From contig CM074516.1 of the NCBI GenBank assembly GCA_037379345.1, positions 33,021,626 to 33,085,625 on the forward strand: a DNA stretch of 64,000 bases, in the 5' to 3' direction. Made by a program: the position numbers and the translations under genes. Within the stretch, counting starts at the first letter, position 1. Every line of letters starts with the position of its first letter. Below the pieces are notes generated by a model, which worked only from the letters and a program-made list of their open reading frames with translations, ran no database searches and was not told where the DNA came from. The stretch is from Perna viridis. Lineage: Eukaryota. Positions 27,640 to 42,446 of this stretch are shown in pieces.

Positions 27640-27830
27640 AGAAAACTGCCAAGGATCTACTTCTTGGCATGACCTTTGACCTGTAAGAATATCAATCCAC
27701 CTGCCACACGTTATTTGACATTTTATAACTAGTTACGTAATAGCATTATGATGTAAAGGTAGGAAGATACCTGTGTCAAGATGCCAGGGTGCAACTGCAT
27801 GGGGGCGGACATTCGCATGGCTTACTTCTA
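27640..27830. promoter_or_regulatory. Candidate intronic enhancer: perfect DR1, PAR-bZIP palindrome, GC box
   Basis: TGACCTTTGACCT 27670-27682, TTACGTAA 27733-27740 and GGGGCGG 27802-27808, with several retained CpGs. Confidence 0.3.
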
Positions 27831-30800
27831 TCCTGTCTTTATGGAAAACACATACGGTGTCATGATTTAGATAAGCAAGGATTCAAGTTCAACCATAATT
27901 CTTCACAAAAATATGTTATCTTTAAAATAAAACAACAACACACCAATTAATATAATCCACATGCTTGAAAATCAACATGCCACATTCATTACAATTTCCT
28001 CTCATGGTGTTATACTGACATAACATGTACTTGCACAAGTTGTTGTGCTATGTATAACCCCACTTGCATAGCATACTTTATAATGAAACTGGTGTCTAAT
28101 GGCAGTCTCACAAACAGGAAGTCAGAATGGGACAGCAACCAAAATTACTTTCAAGGTATGCCCTATCTGTACAAAGCTACAGACAAGGTTATCTAATATA
28201 CCACCTACTTATTGGGTAACAATTTCATTTTTTGTATGAGCATCCAGTGACATAAAAAAAAAACCTGAATGAATATTCTTATAACAGCAATGTTATGTAC
28301 ATGGAATTTAGCTTTGATAATACTTTCAATAATAAAAACAATGTAAAAATTTCAAATCTATAATTATCATATTTTACGTTTAAATGTATAATTTCTAAGT
28401 AAACCATACATCAAGCATAGCATGTTAGTCTTAACCTTTGTCTATCACAAAAATCTATAACCCACATATTTGAGCAAATTAAGAAATTGCCAAAATATCT
28501 CACAGTAGTAATTTTCACAAATATCTCAGACACAGCCTATATCAGCACAGAGACAAAAACGATCCTGTCTAAACAACTAATAACCAAAAAACAAAGACAA
28601 AAAACTCTACTTGTTATTTTAATGAGAGTTATAACCAGAACACTGATGAAAAGTTCTTAAGCAAAGATCATGCCTGGGTCACTGGTTCTACATAAAGCAT
28701 GTCCACATAGCAAGCAATTAGATAAGACTTTAATGATGACTGTTGTGTAATGATACCATAGCAGTTCTATGATTCAGAATTCATTAGGTTCATTTTCTAT
28801 GTAAATGTCAGTGCTATTGAAATCTTCCTTGACTGTTTTGGACATTTTCTTTTAACAAATTACAAATGTCTTGGCAAAAAATTTCCAAACATCAAAACTT
28901 GAGGACAATGCAGAAACATCAGAATCCAAAGATATAGGCAAAATGTGGAAACAGGAAAAAGAGTTCCTGAAGATAAAAAATAAAACAAAGCACTTCCAAA
29001 ATGAACTCCCACAAAAAACCTAGAGGGAAACCAGATGCCCATAAAGGGAAGGCAATGATTTGCAGTAAATAATATATGTGATTTTCTTTTATTTCTATCA
29101 GTTCTTTTCAGAATAAATCATTAAGTTCTGGTATAACAAACTCTGACATGTATCATATATTATAAGTACTGCACCCTTGTCAATAAGAAAAATACAGAAT
29201 TAATCTTTTCCTAAAATTCCTGTTCAAGAAATCTGAATGGTCAATATTTGAGGTGAGGAATGATTTGAGGAAGCATAGAAAAGGGCCCAGTATCCTGATG
29301 GAGTTGATCACTAACCATGAGACATATTCTGTAAAAGAATTTAATTGATGGGAAATAAGACTTACCAGGGTTGACAAATTTTGATATGTCATTAAAAACA
29401 ATATTGACAGAACCACAAAAAATGGAAGCTTCAACAAATCAACTACACGTATTTCTACAATAATCCAATCAGGTGCCATTAATCAGCAAGTTCATTTCTG
29501 TGGAATAGAGTCAATTATTTACAAATGAAAAGAAAATTTCTTTGGTTCAAGTCTATGTAGCTAGTTCACAGGTTATGTCAGAGGTTTAACTAGTTTGGAA
29601 GTAATATCAAGACTCTCAGGACAACAAACTTCAATACTTCCCAAAATCCAATTCTGTTTTGTGAGTTCAATCTAAAGACTCATATGATCTGAAATTGACT
29701 TGTCAAAGAAAACAAATTGGGGTAGTAATCCATTAAACAAAAAATAGGACTTATCATTTGTACAAGACTGCAGTTCTTTACATGTATGATTAGATCTTGA
29801 AGTTACTGCCAACGATTATGCTTGTTAATCAAAAGATGATTTAAAGTTGTAGAAGAAATGACAACAGAAAAGTACAAATGTATCATAACCATTGGCAGAA
29901 CAACATGTCCTCTTGACAAAAAATTATACATGATAAATCAGGGCAGGCTATATGACTGGCTATATGACCATCTGAACAGAAAAACTTCTAAGACATTTTG
30001 ATAAGTGATGGATTACTGAAGAAATACACATACAGACCAGTCTGCCTCCATTGTATAAGATGAGGGACCATTCAAACCTCCTGACAAGAAAGTTCTACAG
30101 ACAATCCAAAGTGATGAATTATGTCTATCAACAATACCATCTTTTTATGGCAAATATCAGAAAAATTATAATTTTCTACTGTCACGAGTAGTCTACATAC
30201 ATAAATTACATATAAGTCTACAAATGTAACTTCTAGTAATGAGTAAGTATGATGTGCCAAGGAATCTTAAATTAGTTCCCTCATAACAAAATGTTCTGTT
30301 TAAAAATAACCAGTGGCTTCATTTTTCTTTGTTCGTTACATCCAAAATCAGACATGCAGAACTATTTCAGAGTAATTAAGACAAGACAATAGTTTCAAAG
30401 ATTGCTTTGTTCTAGATATGGTTGCTCCTAAAATAAACACTCTAAATTGCCTTATAATTTTATCAAAACATTTTCCACAACTTACTCCCAAAAACATAAG
30501 ATATTTGTCATTAAAACAATTAGAGTAAAGGAACTGGGAAATTAATGAAAATAGAAATCCCACACAAATTGAAATTTCTCCATATCTAAGTCATTTGGTA
30601 ACACATCTGAACAATGTTGGCTATCATTCAGCCAGGGTATCAGTTTATCTATAGCTATTGCCAACTACTGGTCATAGTCCTGCCAGTCTGTCAACCAGTC
30701 ATATCACATGACTCAAATCTATCATCATGACTATCATATGACCCCACTTTTCACACAAATGTTTGAGTATCAAAACCAGACAAGCATAACTTCAAGTTAG

Positions 30801-33800
30801 AATCTGACACCACCAAAATGATAGAAATGCCAGCTTTTTCTCTTCTGTTTATTTCAAGGTTGATGACAGATATAAGCAGACAGCCTCAATGCCAAGATCT
30901 GCATGTTAAACAAATCTTGTGGAGAGAAAAGAATGCTAGCTCGTTGTATACATAAGACTTAATGAAAATTAACTATGACTACTGACAGATAGCTAGAAAT
31001 TCTAAGAATGGTGCCAATTACTTCAACTTTTGTCTGGAGAAATATTTACATAACCTTTACAGGAACATTGTTTTCTTATTAGAAACCAATACTGAAAACA
31101 TAATGTCCCAGCCATTTTTTTTTATTCTAATATATGATTATAGTACTACTGTAATATAACTTCCATGTCAGAAAGCAAGATATAATTCATAGCATTTAAA
31201 TCATTTAACAGGTACTGTTTTTTTACTTAATACATGTTTCAGTTAAGTCTGGGCTGCTTATGTACCCTTAGATTGTGTGTGTATTCTTTTAAAAAAATTT
31301 AGTGTTTAATTCCGGTAATTCATGTAATTTATGGATGCTTTGTCTGTTTTCTTGTTCTAGTCTTTGTCCCCTGATCATGGATATCTTGTTCCCAATTCCA
31401 ATCAAGCTCTCCTTCCTTTACTTGTGTTTCCTTGGTAGTGTAACAAGTAGCATCTATATATGATTTACTATTTATTACAGTTCACACTTACAAGCCAAAC
31501 GTGACAACTGATTCAAGACATATAACACTCTGTACCTTATCATACAAAATACATATTTTTCATACTTAACAGATCTTTAGATAATAACAAAGAAGCACAA
31601 CTTGAGCAAAATCAGCTGTTTCCAGTCAATGCATGAAACCTATGTGTTACTAAATCCAGAACATTCAAATCTAAGATAGGAAGAGGAAAGTCATGTTTTT
31701 TATCCATGCTTGATAAATCCAGTTACTTATCTATGACACATGGCGCTCATTAATTAAAACTGTATGTTTATCAGAAAGATTTTTAAAGAATCACCTGTAT
31801 AATATGCATCTATCTGTGCAGCATTTACAATCTGGCAGAGTGAATCTCTCTCTTTCCTGTTTTTTTTTCTGACAGACACATATGGTACCTATTAATTGGA
31901 ATTTCTTAAAGTACAACCACTCAACAGTTTAGAAATCTGCAACTCTTAAAAAAATATGTAACAGCTGTAACCTTCTTACCTTAACCTCTGACCTATTGAA
32001 AATGAAATATAATGGGTTATTTTAGCTCTTCAACAAATTCAAGTTAAAAACATAGAATTTAAGTATTCACCGTACCATTTTTTCACTCCATTATAGACAG
32101 AGGTAGGGTTACCACCTTTACAATCAACTCCTCAATGAACCTGAGTGGCCTCCAATTACTAAGACATGTGGACAAACTTCCAGACTTTGATATCAAAAGC
32201 TCCAACAAACTAATAATATCTTAGCTTGTAATTGTAAAAATGTCGGACAGGGCATCTTCTGATATTGTGATCTAGCATCTTGAAATTCTGGCCTTGAATC
32301 CAATTAAGCCAAGGGTAGAGACTGCTAGTAAAATATACATCAGCATCCATCACACTATAAATAACCAAATGCTAAACTTCAATTGAACATTAAAATCTTT
32401 CTAAAATCTCAAGTTTATTTTTTAAAATAACTAAAATAATCAATCATTTAGTCCAAATATTCTGCAAAATTAAGAAAGTATGTGTCAGAATAAAACATAG
32501 CTATCATTTACCAAGCAAGGTGCAAAACAACAAAGCACAAAACTGAAATACCAAAAGTTATGGTACCAAGTGTAATACCATCAATGTCACGATTTGTTAG
32601 GGTGTGTATCAGATAGAAGTAAGACAAATAAGGAACAACTAATTAAGCTGTAAGATCGATGGCTTCCGTTATCTGGCCAGGAAACACTGACAAGTTTTAA
32701 TGTAATCTGCCTCCATCATCAAAGACTGGTGCCATAGTTTTACAGAAAAAATGGAAGCCATAAGTCAGTTGCTGACAGGAACCAATCTTAAGCCCAATCT
32801 GATAAAACAACATCAGCAAAACTGACACAGATATTTATACATCTTGACAGATATCTTCCCAAACACATTTCTTCTTGAGCATACTGGAAAACATGGAATA
32901 AATCCAAAAGATGGACATTCGGCAAAGAAAATATGAAAAAACTCGTTACTTAGAAAGTTTTTGTAATCATAGTGGGAAACTGTCAACACTCGCCCTTAAC
33001 TTCAGCCCAAACATTATTTCAATTCTTATAATAAAAATAGATCATGATCTAGTTCTGAAACCCACACCACCTTTTTCAATGTGCCACTGCTGGTTGCCAG
33101 AAAAGCTTTCAGTTTGACAGATACTGTATGTGAGGAAAAACACTAAGCTGACTTTGATTCATGGCATCGACAGACTGCAAGATAAAGCAGCTGGTTCCAT
33201 ATTTTTATTTTTGTAAGAATCTATTTAAGTTTAGAAAAAAACAATGCAATAAATTTGTGGAATTTAGCTACCATAAGAATATATATATAACAATATTAAC
33301 TCTTCTATTGTTACATTTTTTTATTTATTTTTGCCTTATACTACTAGTATTCTCATTAACAGCCTATACAGATAAGAATAAGATGACCATTGCAACTGCA
33401 TTTAAGCAGAAGCTGTCAGCTTTCTGAATTTTCTTTTACATATATACATGTAGGAACATTTCATGACATTAGGTTACTGATGAGATTGACAGAGAACCTT
33501 TTCATGTCTATTTTTTGTAAAAAAAAAAAATAAATAAACAACTTTGGAATGTAGCTTGTACATTAAAAGTTTTGTTTCTGCAAGATTCAGCAACAAAAAC
33601 TGAATTATGAGAAAAGAGTACAAAAATTAACAGTATTAAAAATACTACTTCAAGGCAAATCAGAATAAAGACTTAACTATTAATAATTCAGTCACAAATT
33701 TATTACACACATGATGGAGAGCTTATTAAGATGTGCAGAAAAACCAAAATCACAAACGAAATAAAGAAATCATTGCTATTAAAAATTTGTAACAAAATGA

Positions 33801-34869
33801 AAGGTCTGTAAAAATGTAAAATCTGAAATAAAAAATATTCAGAGATTTTGCAATTGTTCTTTTTCCTGTCCACACAAGATCAAGGGCTTAAACCCCCTCA
33901 CCCCTGAACACACACACAACACACCCCCCTTCCAACTACAGCATGTACTACTACTAATGCTACATCCTAAAAGTACAGGAAGCTCCTCCACTCACAATAT
34001 TTTATCCTTAAATTTTTATTTTCATTATTTCATTAATCAGTTCAAAAGCAATATCCACACAAGGTCCTCATTACTCAAAACATAGTTAAATCTTATCAAC
34101 ATAAAACCCAAGGTAACCATAATGACTGCAAATTAGGATTTTATAATAAATCCAGTCATTCTGTGGTTTTTATCCTGGATTCTGGTTTTCCTAACTCACT
34201 ATTAATACTTATTGGTCAATAAATAATCCTTTTAATACCATCCAACACAATTATCGTGAGCCTACAAAACTTTTCTTCTTTCCCAAACATCTAGGACACT
34301 TCCCGTTAATTTGAAGAAAAAAAAATTGAAATTGGAGAATATATGAAGTAGCAACTTAATTTACTTGGAATTATTGTTAAGCATTGATTATTGTAGTTCT
34401 TGGCCGTTATTTAAATGATTCTATTGTTACCAGCTCAGATAGTCTCGTCCTGTCGATATAATCAAGTTATGTAATTATGTTACAGAAGCTGTAATTGGTA
34501 TTTACAACTTCCATATTAATATGATGCCATTAAAGGCTGGCATAAGCTGATAACTGATAGCGGATTTGCAGGACTAAACTGCTGGATTGAAATTGCTTTC
34601 CAGTAGTTATCACGGCTAAGAAACACATAACTGACTCATATGATTTAGTATCAAAATTGTGTTCATGTTTTCTCAAGGCCAGCTTAAAATTAGGTTTGTG
34701 GATTCATGGTTAAAATGCACCATTATTTCAAAGTTTTATCTAATCAAGAAAAGAAGAAAATTCATCAAAACAGAGAACATAATGTGTTTGTGTCAGCTGT
34801 AAATATGGTTTGTAGATATTAATTGTACATGATGTATTGATACCTAATTTGGTACATGGTAGGTTAATC

Positions 34870-35076
34870 TACTGTGGAAGTACTTTTTATTTTTTGTGGC
34901 TTAGGACGAAATTATCAATTCATGGATTCTTGAATTTGTGGATTTGTGGATTTGACAATTCTATCATACATATGAATAGAATATTTTCTTTTTGTTGGGA
35001 ACCAAATTTTGTGGTTTACAAAACCCATGAAATCCATGAAAATTGGTACCCCGCGAGTAATAATACTTTCACAGTA
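34870..35076 (-). mobile_element. MITE family A, copy 3
   Basis: tactgtggaagtacttt...aatactttcacagta with internal tttgttgggaaccaaattttgtgg. Confidence 0.85.
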
Positions 35077-35136
35077 TTCAAATTGAACCCTGAACAATTA
35101 TCAATTTTTAACTACAGAAATCAAACATGAAGTTAC

Positions 35137-35263
35137 ACAAGTTATTGTGTTAAGTATACCCTCACTTGCACAGCAAGTTGATATCCCACAACAAAAGCAT
35201 GGACAGACAAACATAGACAAGGTGATTCCTATGTACAACCCACTAGTTAAGTGAGGGTATAAT
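35137..35263 (+). mobile_element. Internally deleted HINE-like element
   Basis: Perfect 13-bp inverted repeat tataccctcactt (35155-35167) / aagtgagggtata (35249-35261) and a ggacagacaaacatagac microsatellite. Same subfamily as 63414-63802. Confidence 0.75.
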
Positions 35264-37547
35264 TTGTCAACAAAAAACTATATTCATATACTCCATAAAC
35301 TAAGATGTATCACAAGAAAAGATTGACAAATTGCAACAAAGTTAAACATCTAAAATTCATTCAGATAGCAAACTGTCTTGCTGCTTACATGGAGCAAGGA
35401 TGAAACAAACTGTTACCTAAACACAACTGATACATGTATCTAGGGACATAAGTACCAATACAGATATAATTACATACAAACACTAAAGCTGTTTAACACA
35501 AATGCCATCACAACCAAGCATTCACCATTTACGACATCATTGTAATATATAAAATGCTATTTTAACATGCTGAAACTATATCTTGATTATGACTGTTTTA
35601 GATCTGAGTCATAAGTAAATTTTGTATGTACAAATTCATTCATAAAAACCACACTTTTACATAAGAATACAACGTTCAAAGTTTCATGGTCATTTCCCAT
35701 CAAGTACACAAATATCTTTCTTTTACCCATATCTTCCAAATATGGTAGTAAATTGTAATAATCTGTATTTCTTTGATAAAGGACCTCATTAAAATACATT
35801 CATAAACATATCATGCACTATTAAGACCTAAAAATTCAGACAAAATGGGTGACCTTGTTAAACACTTCATCCAAAGCCATATTTTTTTCTGGATACTGAT
35901 TCATTCATTAATCTATTGGATTTGACAGCCATACAACCAATGCAAACATTAACAGGAGATATCAAGCTGAAACATGGGAGAAATAAAAGTGTCACGGCAA
36001 AATAAAAATGACACTGTTTAATAGAACTTAGTTTAATTCCTTTACAATGGAATAATCCATCCTGACAAAGTGATATATTGAGTATATAATTTTTCGTAAA
36101 ATTGGACACTCGTCTTTTGTTGGTGAAAACATTATCTTGATATCAAATAATTTATTCTGTTTATTTTGCATCAGTGCAACTAAGGTTTACTATGCATTAT
36201 GTATTGTCAATGCAGGAACTGCCAGGATTTTTTATGTGAGACTTTTTTGCAGTCAAGTTTTTCTAAAAAAATAACTTTCACTTACTGAATATAATTAGCA
36301 ATTATTATATCATATGATATTAACATTAATTGCTGAAATCTGAAACAATTCAGACTGGCATTTCACATTAAAGTGACATTCAATAACTTGACACAAAATT
36401 TACGCTTGCCAATAACAACTTGAAATACAGACCCCTTTAAATACAATTAGCAATGGAACCTTCAGCAGAAATCTAAATCAACACAAACTTCAGCATATCC
36501 TTTTACAAGACAATTCTTCTGACATACAAGCCCAGAGACCATCATTTTGAGATTCTTTTTCATATAGATGATTAATATGAACAGGCTGTAGGCAGAATTA
36601 TTACAGGCCCACCGGCATTTTTACCAGCCTCAGGTTTCAGACTACAGGTTTATCATACAGATTCAAACCCTAATAACAGGTTTTGTGAATAAGTTATATC
36701 ATCATCTAATGAATCTGCTAATAACCTTCAAAAATTCTTTTGACCTCCATTTTAAACATCTAAAAAAAAATCAAAATTCAAAAAGTAGGTTTTATAACTA
36801 ATCAACTAATACCACCAAACCAACATCTAAATAACCAAGAAAAACTGGTTTAATAATTAAAATTAATATTATAAAAAACAGGAACAAAATTTTTTAATTT
36901 TTAATTTAGTCTACCAAAATAATTTACTTCTTATAAAATGTCTGAGAATATACATAAGATATTATACAAACCAACAGTACAATGGCACCAGGCATCGTGG
37001 CTTGAACCACTGTTCTATTATCTAGAGCAATTTCAAATAAGATAGTATCACAGTTTTTTTATTGGAACAGACATAGTAACATGATATTCATTGCCCAATG
37101 TCAAAATAATTAAAGATTACTTAATCCTGATGCTGACCAGTCTAGAAAATGTGAAAAAGACCTGTCTGGACATCAAGGTGATTTTTACTAACATTAATTA
37201 GGACTGGTAGTTATATTTTGCCAAGATGTTGTTATTTTATTATTTGAAATTAAGCCCAGAGTAAATATTTTGCAGAATTTATTTTGGCATTTTTAGACAA
37301 ACAACTAAAATGTGTCAAAATTTGCACCCTATGGAAATTACTCACTAATGGGTATTTCTTTTAATTTCTTTTTTATTCCTCTATGAAATAAACATTGAAG
37401 TTTTTTATACAATGATAATCATGGAATTAATACTCAGGAAAGTTACAGCCATTACAGCTTGGACCTAAGAAATGGGAATATACAGAAGAGTGACAATAAT
37501 AGGGGGATATCAAAAAGGAGAAATCTTTGGGCAAAAATATTTTTTAA

Positions 37548-37996
37548 CCCTTGTCGAGCTGGGCCAAAAAAGGGAGATTTCTTGGCCCAAGAGCAATGCA
37601 GAATTAATCTATAGTGCTTTATTTTGCATGGAATCTAAATTGAAGTGAAGTCTCTGAACACCATTACTATATCAACTGCTTGTATTAACTACTTCCGGTA
37701 TAAGGCCAAACTGACGCTAAAATCTGAAAAAAAATCTTCAATTTTTCACATGAGTGACCCTTCAAGGGATTTCTGACCTCCCACTCGTAACTGTAACAAA
37801 CCTTATTTTGCTATAGTGCACCCACCCTACCAACACATCCTCACCTCATAAACCCCACCCTGTGTTCACCTATCTTTAACTTACATATAACAATCAGCAT
37901 CAGTACCAATATATAACTAATTTGCATATAATTTGCATATGTTTGCAAAATATTGAAATCTAGACATATTTTCAGGACAAATCAGCACGAAAAGGG
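37548..37996. mobile_element. piggyBac-type MITE, 449 bp
   Basis: TTAA|CCCTTGTCGAGCTG ... CAGCACGAAAAGGG|TTAA. TTAA flanks both sides and the TIR matches 12/14, starting CCCTT. Confidence 0.8.
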
Positions 37997-40900
37997 TTAA
38001 GAATATATAGACTATTCTAGACAAACAACAATAAAGATGAAAATTTCAAATACACACAGAGACAAACCCCACAGAAAAAAAACATCATCAAGTACTGTCC
38101 CTCTCAAAAGCTGTCAAAATTTCAAGAAAAATCCAGCGGTATAAGTAATAAATACATAATATCAAGAACTCACCATTTTATTAAGATAAAAAAAGATCCT
38201 TAAATTTCTGTTCAGCACATCTGCTTACAAAAGGAGAAAAATTAAGTTTCTAAAATTTCACAATATATGCCATGTGTAATATTTCCACAAAATTCTAATT
38301 AATTTTGCATATGATGTACTAAAGTGTCAAATTTTTAATCTTTAAGTTTTAAAACATGAAACTTTGAAAGGCATTTTAATTCAACCTGCTTTTAATAGGT
38401 TTTAATGTTGCTCATATTATCCCCTTTATGATATAGAATACTATAATCACTTTATCATCTGAATGAGACCATGTATTATAAGTATTATGCAATTTACAGC
38501 CTTTTTATCAAGCTCTTTGCCAGCATTTATCTGGCCAAATCAATTTATGTAAATTAAACTGTACTATACTCCTTTTGCACTTTCCCATTCATGACATTCT
38601 AACACAGAAATTACCCCTGAACCACACCTATTGTTATATTCAAATTAACATTCAAAAAGCATTTGCATGGCTCAAAGACAAGGTCATGTGTATTACACAT
38701 ATTTTTAGGCCACATACAGCTAACAGTAAATTCCCTTTTTGAGAGTATTACTTTTTTCTTGCTGTAAATAGAAGAATTTTTCGTATGAAACACTGAGATG
38801 TAGTAAAATCTAATAATTGCAATGTTAATATAATGTACATGTGTACAAACTTGAATGATGGTGTGATTTTTATTACAAAGAAAACAAAGACTTATCCTTG
38901 ACAAATGGACAGAATGATGGACAATTTTACTGAAAGATCAAAATCAATGTTCAATATTGTTTCCTGATACCAGTGAGAAAAAATATCTTTCTTTCATTTA
39001 TTTTTTTTTTTTGTTATTTCTTCAACATTTTTATACATGTGGACTTCAGTGATATGATTTTAAGGTCAACTAAGTGCTTTGGCTACATTCAATCAACACA
39101 ACTGATAGTACACTGACATGGCACTCTCCATGTTGCTGTGCCTATTACCAAAACTGAAATACTGTGACTGCACCAAAATTCAGGAAATCTGGGAATTCAA
39201 TTTTTTTAATTTAGCTCAAGTTTTTAGGGTTGGTGGCAAAAAAAGACCGGTTGGGTAGCACGAAATAAGACTATTATTTTTCTTGGCTTTATATAAGTGT
39301 AAGTTGTTTTTTTTCCCCATCTTTTTTTATAAAATTTTGAAATTTGCTAATAATTTTATAGACATAAAGTATGAAAGAAGAATCCTTTGAAGTATAACCC
39401 ATCAGCATAATTTTTATCATTTCTTTTTTTTAAAAAACTATCGGCCTACATTGACAGGGTATCAAGTACTCAAGTATTTAGGTAGTTCCAAGAGGAAAAA
39501 AATTTAAAATCCTTGTTAATTTTAGGTTGGGCAATAATGAGTATATATTTCACTAAAATCTCTGAACCTGAACTACACCCTCATTACATACACTACATTT
39601 TTTTCTTTATTTCTATCAAATCTTTATGACTTTGCCTTTCAGTTAGGATAGTCCTATGACCCAGATGCTTCTTAAAAAAATAGCATGGTACTAGAAGATT
39701 TCTATAAAAATAATTCAGACTGAACTGCCTAATTCGGTAAAACTAATTTTTACAGATGGTCGACTTGGAAGAAAATCAAATTATACCAATTAACATCTAG
39801 CCAAATGCCATTTTTTGTTTCAAACAAATTAAATCATTTTTCTCTATACAATTTTTTTTCAGCATGCAATCATATTGATATAAAAATATAGAGCAATTAA
39901 TGTAACTTTTCATTCAAAGTGTCAAATATTATAAAAACTATGATTAACGAGATAAGTTGAAAAAAGTCAATAGCACTTGGGAAACCATACATTAAAATCC
40001 ATTGATTATAAGTAAGTAAGGTAAACTAATGTATAGATTTCAGATTCTTATTTGTTAATTTCTGAACAAAACCAACCTAATCTGTCTTAAGCAAAAGTAT
40101 TTAATTAAAAAAATTTCAGTGTCGATTTTGTACAATAATGCTTGAGCCCTACAATGGTTAACCGAGACTCAAGCCATAGATGTGTATTGAAACAACCAAT
40201 TGTACATGCCAAGCATTTCCGATTAACCATCATGACACTTGACACGTATTTATTTGTTTTTCGACGATCAATGTTTTATTTTGAAAAACTTTCCATGTAA
40301 CCGATCGGCATGCTGTGGTGCTCAATGAGTTCCAACAATAAGCCACTGCATCCTAGTGCAGGTTTAATTAAAACTCCGACTCAAAGTGACATGATTCCGC
40401 ATAAAATATCATTCTTGGGTTTCTCTAAAGCCCAGCAGCAATTGCAATTCGACAATAGACATAAAAATCATGTCTAAAACTGCTGACACTTTATCAATAG
40501 TGATTAAGTCGAAAATTGACAAAGCTTAAACACCCTCAGGGGGATAGTTTCAAGTGCACTGAGTCTCTAGCTTGATTTATGAGTTGTTAAGCTCTATATT
40601 TTTGCCATATATGAGAAACTACTGTCCAATGTAATTAACTAAAATTCCTCAGGGACATAAGAATCAGCCATAGATTGGAGCAATGTAACCATATATAAAA
40701 TGTTTTATTATTGCTTTGGAGAAAATGACGCTATTTATTCCAATGAATCTAATCTCTGATAACTCGTTCTCAGACATACGCTTGGAATGAATAAGTTTTT
40801 TTAAGATGAGTAATTTACCAGTCACTATTATTAATAATTACTTCTGGAAACTGGTAAAAAGCCACAATATTACATCAGGGACTGACACTAACAGTAGTCC

Positions 40901-41916
40901 AGTAGTCCTGTGCCATCCTAAATCTGGAGAGGACTCCTTAAAAAATTTCCTGAGTACTATGGACTATCTAAATTTTGCCTTTTTTTTATAAGATCTAAGA
41001 ACAGAACCATCATTACCATCTGCAGACTAATAGAATTAAATGCAGAGCAAAGCAAGATGAGAAAATTTTGGGGAGTAGAATTTGTGAATGATCCAAATTT
41101 CAGGTAAAGAAATACATTATCCCAATTTTAGGGGGGAGGCCATACAACCAGCACACCTATACTTGGTTCCATGTCTGGAAACACATGTTTAGGACCAATA
41201 TAGGAATCCAGTGTCTGTTTTTTATTTTTTGAGCAAATAAGAATGTATGAATATATATCATATCCAATATCATACTAAACTACTACATAAGTTCAAAGCA
41301 TATGATTTTCACATGTTTTTCAAGATGGTCCAACACATTTGAAAAATTTATGACAAACATATGTATCTGTAGTGCTTTTCAAAACATATAAAAATCAAAG
41401 ACTGAAGTCTTTAAAGTCGCTAATCGTCAAATATTCCCTGCCACTGATTTTGGCTTACTTTCAGCATCCAAAATGACACAAATGCAATATGCTCTTAAAT
41501 TGTGTGATTTAGAATCTTGCTTTCCTTGATATGATTGTGTACTCTTTTCATGACCATGATGACCCAAATGTTTTCAATCAAAATGACTGGTTACCCGATC
41601 ATTTCATATTAACTTCCTGTTATCATACAAGTAAGAAACACATGTAGAACACACGTGTATGATATTTAAGAGGTACACTTTTATCTCGTATGAAGCTAAA
41701 ACTATGACGCTATGGCGGTAAACATGACAAAGATCTGCAGCGTAAGGTGGAGTATAAATATATAATAATGTAAATCATATGCAAATAAAAAGTACTGAGA
41801 TTACAAGTGCAAGAAGTCGCTAACAATATTAACTACTTAAAAACATACTGTAATTTTTCCTGTGTTGTATTGGCGTCAAGAGTATTCTCAAGGTCTTTTG
41901 AATGCATTCCTGCAAT

Positions 41917-42194
41917 AAAGTAATCAAGGGAACCAAGATTCAAGTGGAAATCAAAAGAATGCCATCCAAGGACAAAGACCAGACATGGAAAACAGACATT
42001 CACAACAAAGAACATAAAAAAAAATAACCAAAATAATACACACAAAGTAACAAAGTAACAAAAGTAAAAATACTACTCAGACTCCATTGAAAACTGGGAG
42101 CATGGATCAGGTGCATCAGTAGGGGAAGCGTCCTCTGCTTTTCTAAAAAACTCTCAGAGTTGCTAATATAATGTCAAGTCCATGGGGTAGACAA
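41917..42194 (-). mobile_element. Repeat family B, copy 4
   Basis: aactgggagcatggatcaggtgcatcagtaggggaagcgtcctctgcttttcta, with an internal (aaagtaac)3. Confidence 0.85.
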
Positions 42195-42234
42195 AAGAGG
42201 TATGCAAAACTATGGTATGTTTGCATAAGATAAT

Positions 42235-42446
42235 GAATGTATCAACTCCTTCCTCAATCTAACATGGACCTGTATCAATCCCTGGCTTTTCTTGCATGGA
42301 CCAGTTTCAACCCCTGCCTATTCTTAGATGTATCTATATCAACCCCTACCTTATCTTACATGGACCTGTATGAAATCCTGCCTGTTTTTACATTGACCTA
42401 TATCAACCCATGCCTGTTATAACATGGACCTGTATCAACCCCTGCC
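42235..42446. repeat. Degenerate tandem repeat, about 32 bp x 6-7
   Basis: catggacctgtatcaacccctgcct motif recurs with substitutions. Confidence 0.8.
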
